DNA of 64,000 nucleotides from a virus (lineage: Duplodnaviria; Caudoviricetes). The notes beneath the pieces were generated by a model. It was not told the DNA's origin, did no database searches, and worked only from the letters and a program-made list of their open reading frames with translations. Both the position numbers and the translations under genes were made by a program. The stretch covers positions 1-64,000 of IMG/VR virus record IMGVR_UViG_3300037420_001796, one strand, 5' to 3'. This document shows, piece by piece, positions 63,591 to 64,000 of this stretch (position 1 is its first letter; each line of letters starts with the position of its first letter).

Positions 63591-64000
63591 TCACGCAGGC
63601 TCCGCGATGCGTTCTCCGCGCGCGACGATGGACACCTTCTTGAATCCGGAGCCGTGCGCAGGGAAGCCGACGATCGTGTCTCGGTATCCGCGCTGGCAGA
63701 GCTGGCAGGTCGCACAGCTCACATCGTCATGCGTGGTTGCTGGGCATACGACGACGGTTCGGCCTTCGGGTGTCTTGGTGTTTTGGGTCTGGTCTGAAGG
63801 AAGCACGACGACCACGGGCGCGATGCCGAGGCTCGCGAACGCGTCGGCCTCCTCCAGGTTGTTCGCAGACAAATTGGTGGTCAGGCCTCGGATGTTCGCC
63901 CACGCGATTGCCGCGCGGTTGTGCTCAGAGTTCGGGCGGTAGTGGGTGTAGGTGAACCCACGCTTGCCGAAATTCGCGTCCAGGAGCTTCTCGAGCGCCG
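63591..64000 (-). CDS. partial Cys-rich phage protein (Gp88/DUF7227-like), 5' end outside window
   Basis: GFTYTH..TTNLSANNL.EAD..PVVVVLP..VVCPA..SCATCQLCQ..IVGFPAHG. Confidence 0.65.
   Translation of the reverse strand, partial: ALEKLLDANFGKRGFTYTHYRPNSEHNRAAIAWANIRGLTTNLSANNLEEADAFASLGIAPVVVVLPSDQTQNTKTPEGRTVVVCPATTHDDVSCATCQLCQRGYRDTIVGFPAHGSGFKKVSIVARGERIAEPA

Noticed and set aside
1-64000. CRISPR array
   Set aside because: No regularly spaced 25-45-nt direct repeats with unique spacers seen, and no cas genes.

Overview
The whole window is phage DNA: a GC-rich, temperate, long-tailed (siphovirus-like) phage. The host is probably a betaproteobacterium (Burkholderiales-like), inferred from a DUF3567-like gene and the tRNA-Cys fragment. 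The + strand (about 5.8-37.2 kb) carries HNH, terminase, portal, S49 protease with nested scaffold, capsid, neck, tail with a -1 frameshift chaperone, a 2018-aa tape measure, tail tip and fibres, holin / SAR-endolysin / embedded spanins, small accessory genes, an intact attP (3' half of tRNA-Cys) and a tyrosine integrase. The - strand (37.2-64 kb and 1-5.4 kb) carries Xis, SbcC/SbcD, ThyX, HD and MazG-like nucleotide enzymes, a RecU-like resolvase, full-length PolA, TraR/DksA, dNMP kinase, DEDDh exonuclease, AEP primase-helicase, SNF2 helicase, HU, an SGNH lipoprotein, DNA ligase and many orphans. Phage genes flank attP on both sides, so this is the excised or virion form. The genome appears to continue beyond both window ends. 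The strongest signals not explained by gene content are: (1) six copies of a bipartite motif GGGATT-N17/18-YYCCWAGTHT, all upstream of late gene blocks, one inside the protease gene ahead of a nested scaffold start; (2) three copies of the perfect palindrome CGTTACCGGTAACG in the early arm, with no recognisable CI gene in the window; (3) a small protein ending in a ribonucleotide-reductase-like CEACQ redox tail; (4) an attP that folds like a D-armless tRNA; (5) two non-coding dyad/iteron-rich regions (cos or ori candidates); (6) two recurring translation-initiation motifs. All family assignments come from motif recognition by eye; no database search was run.
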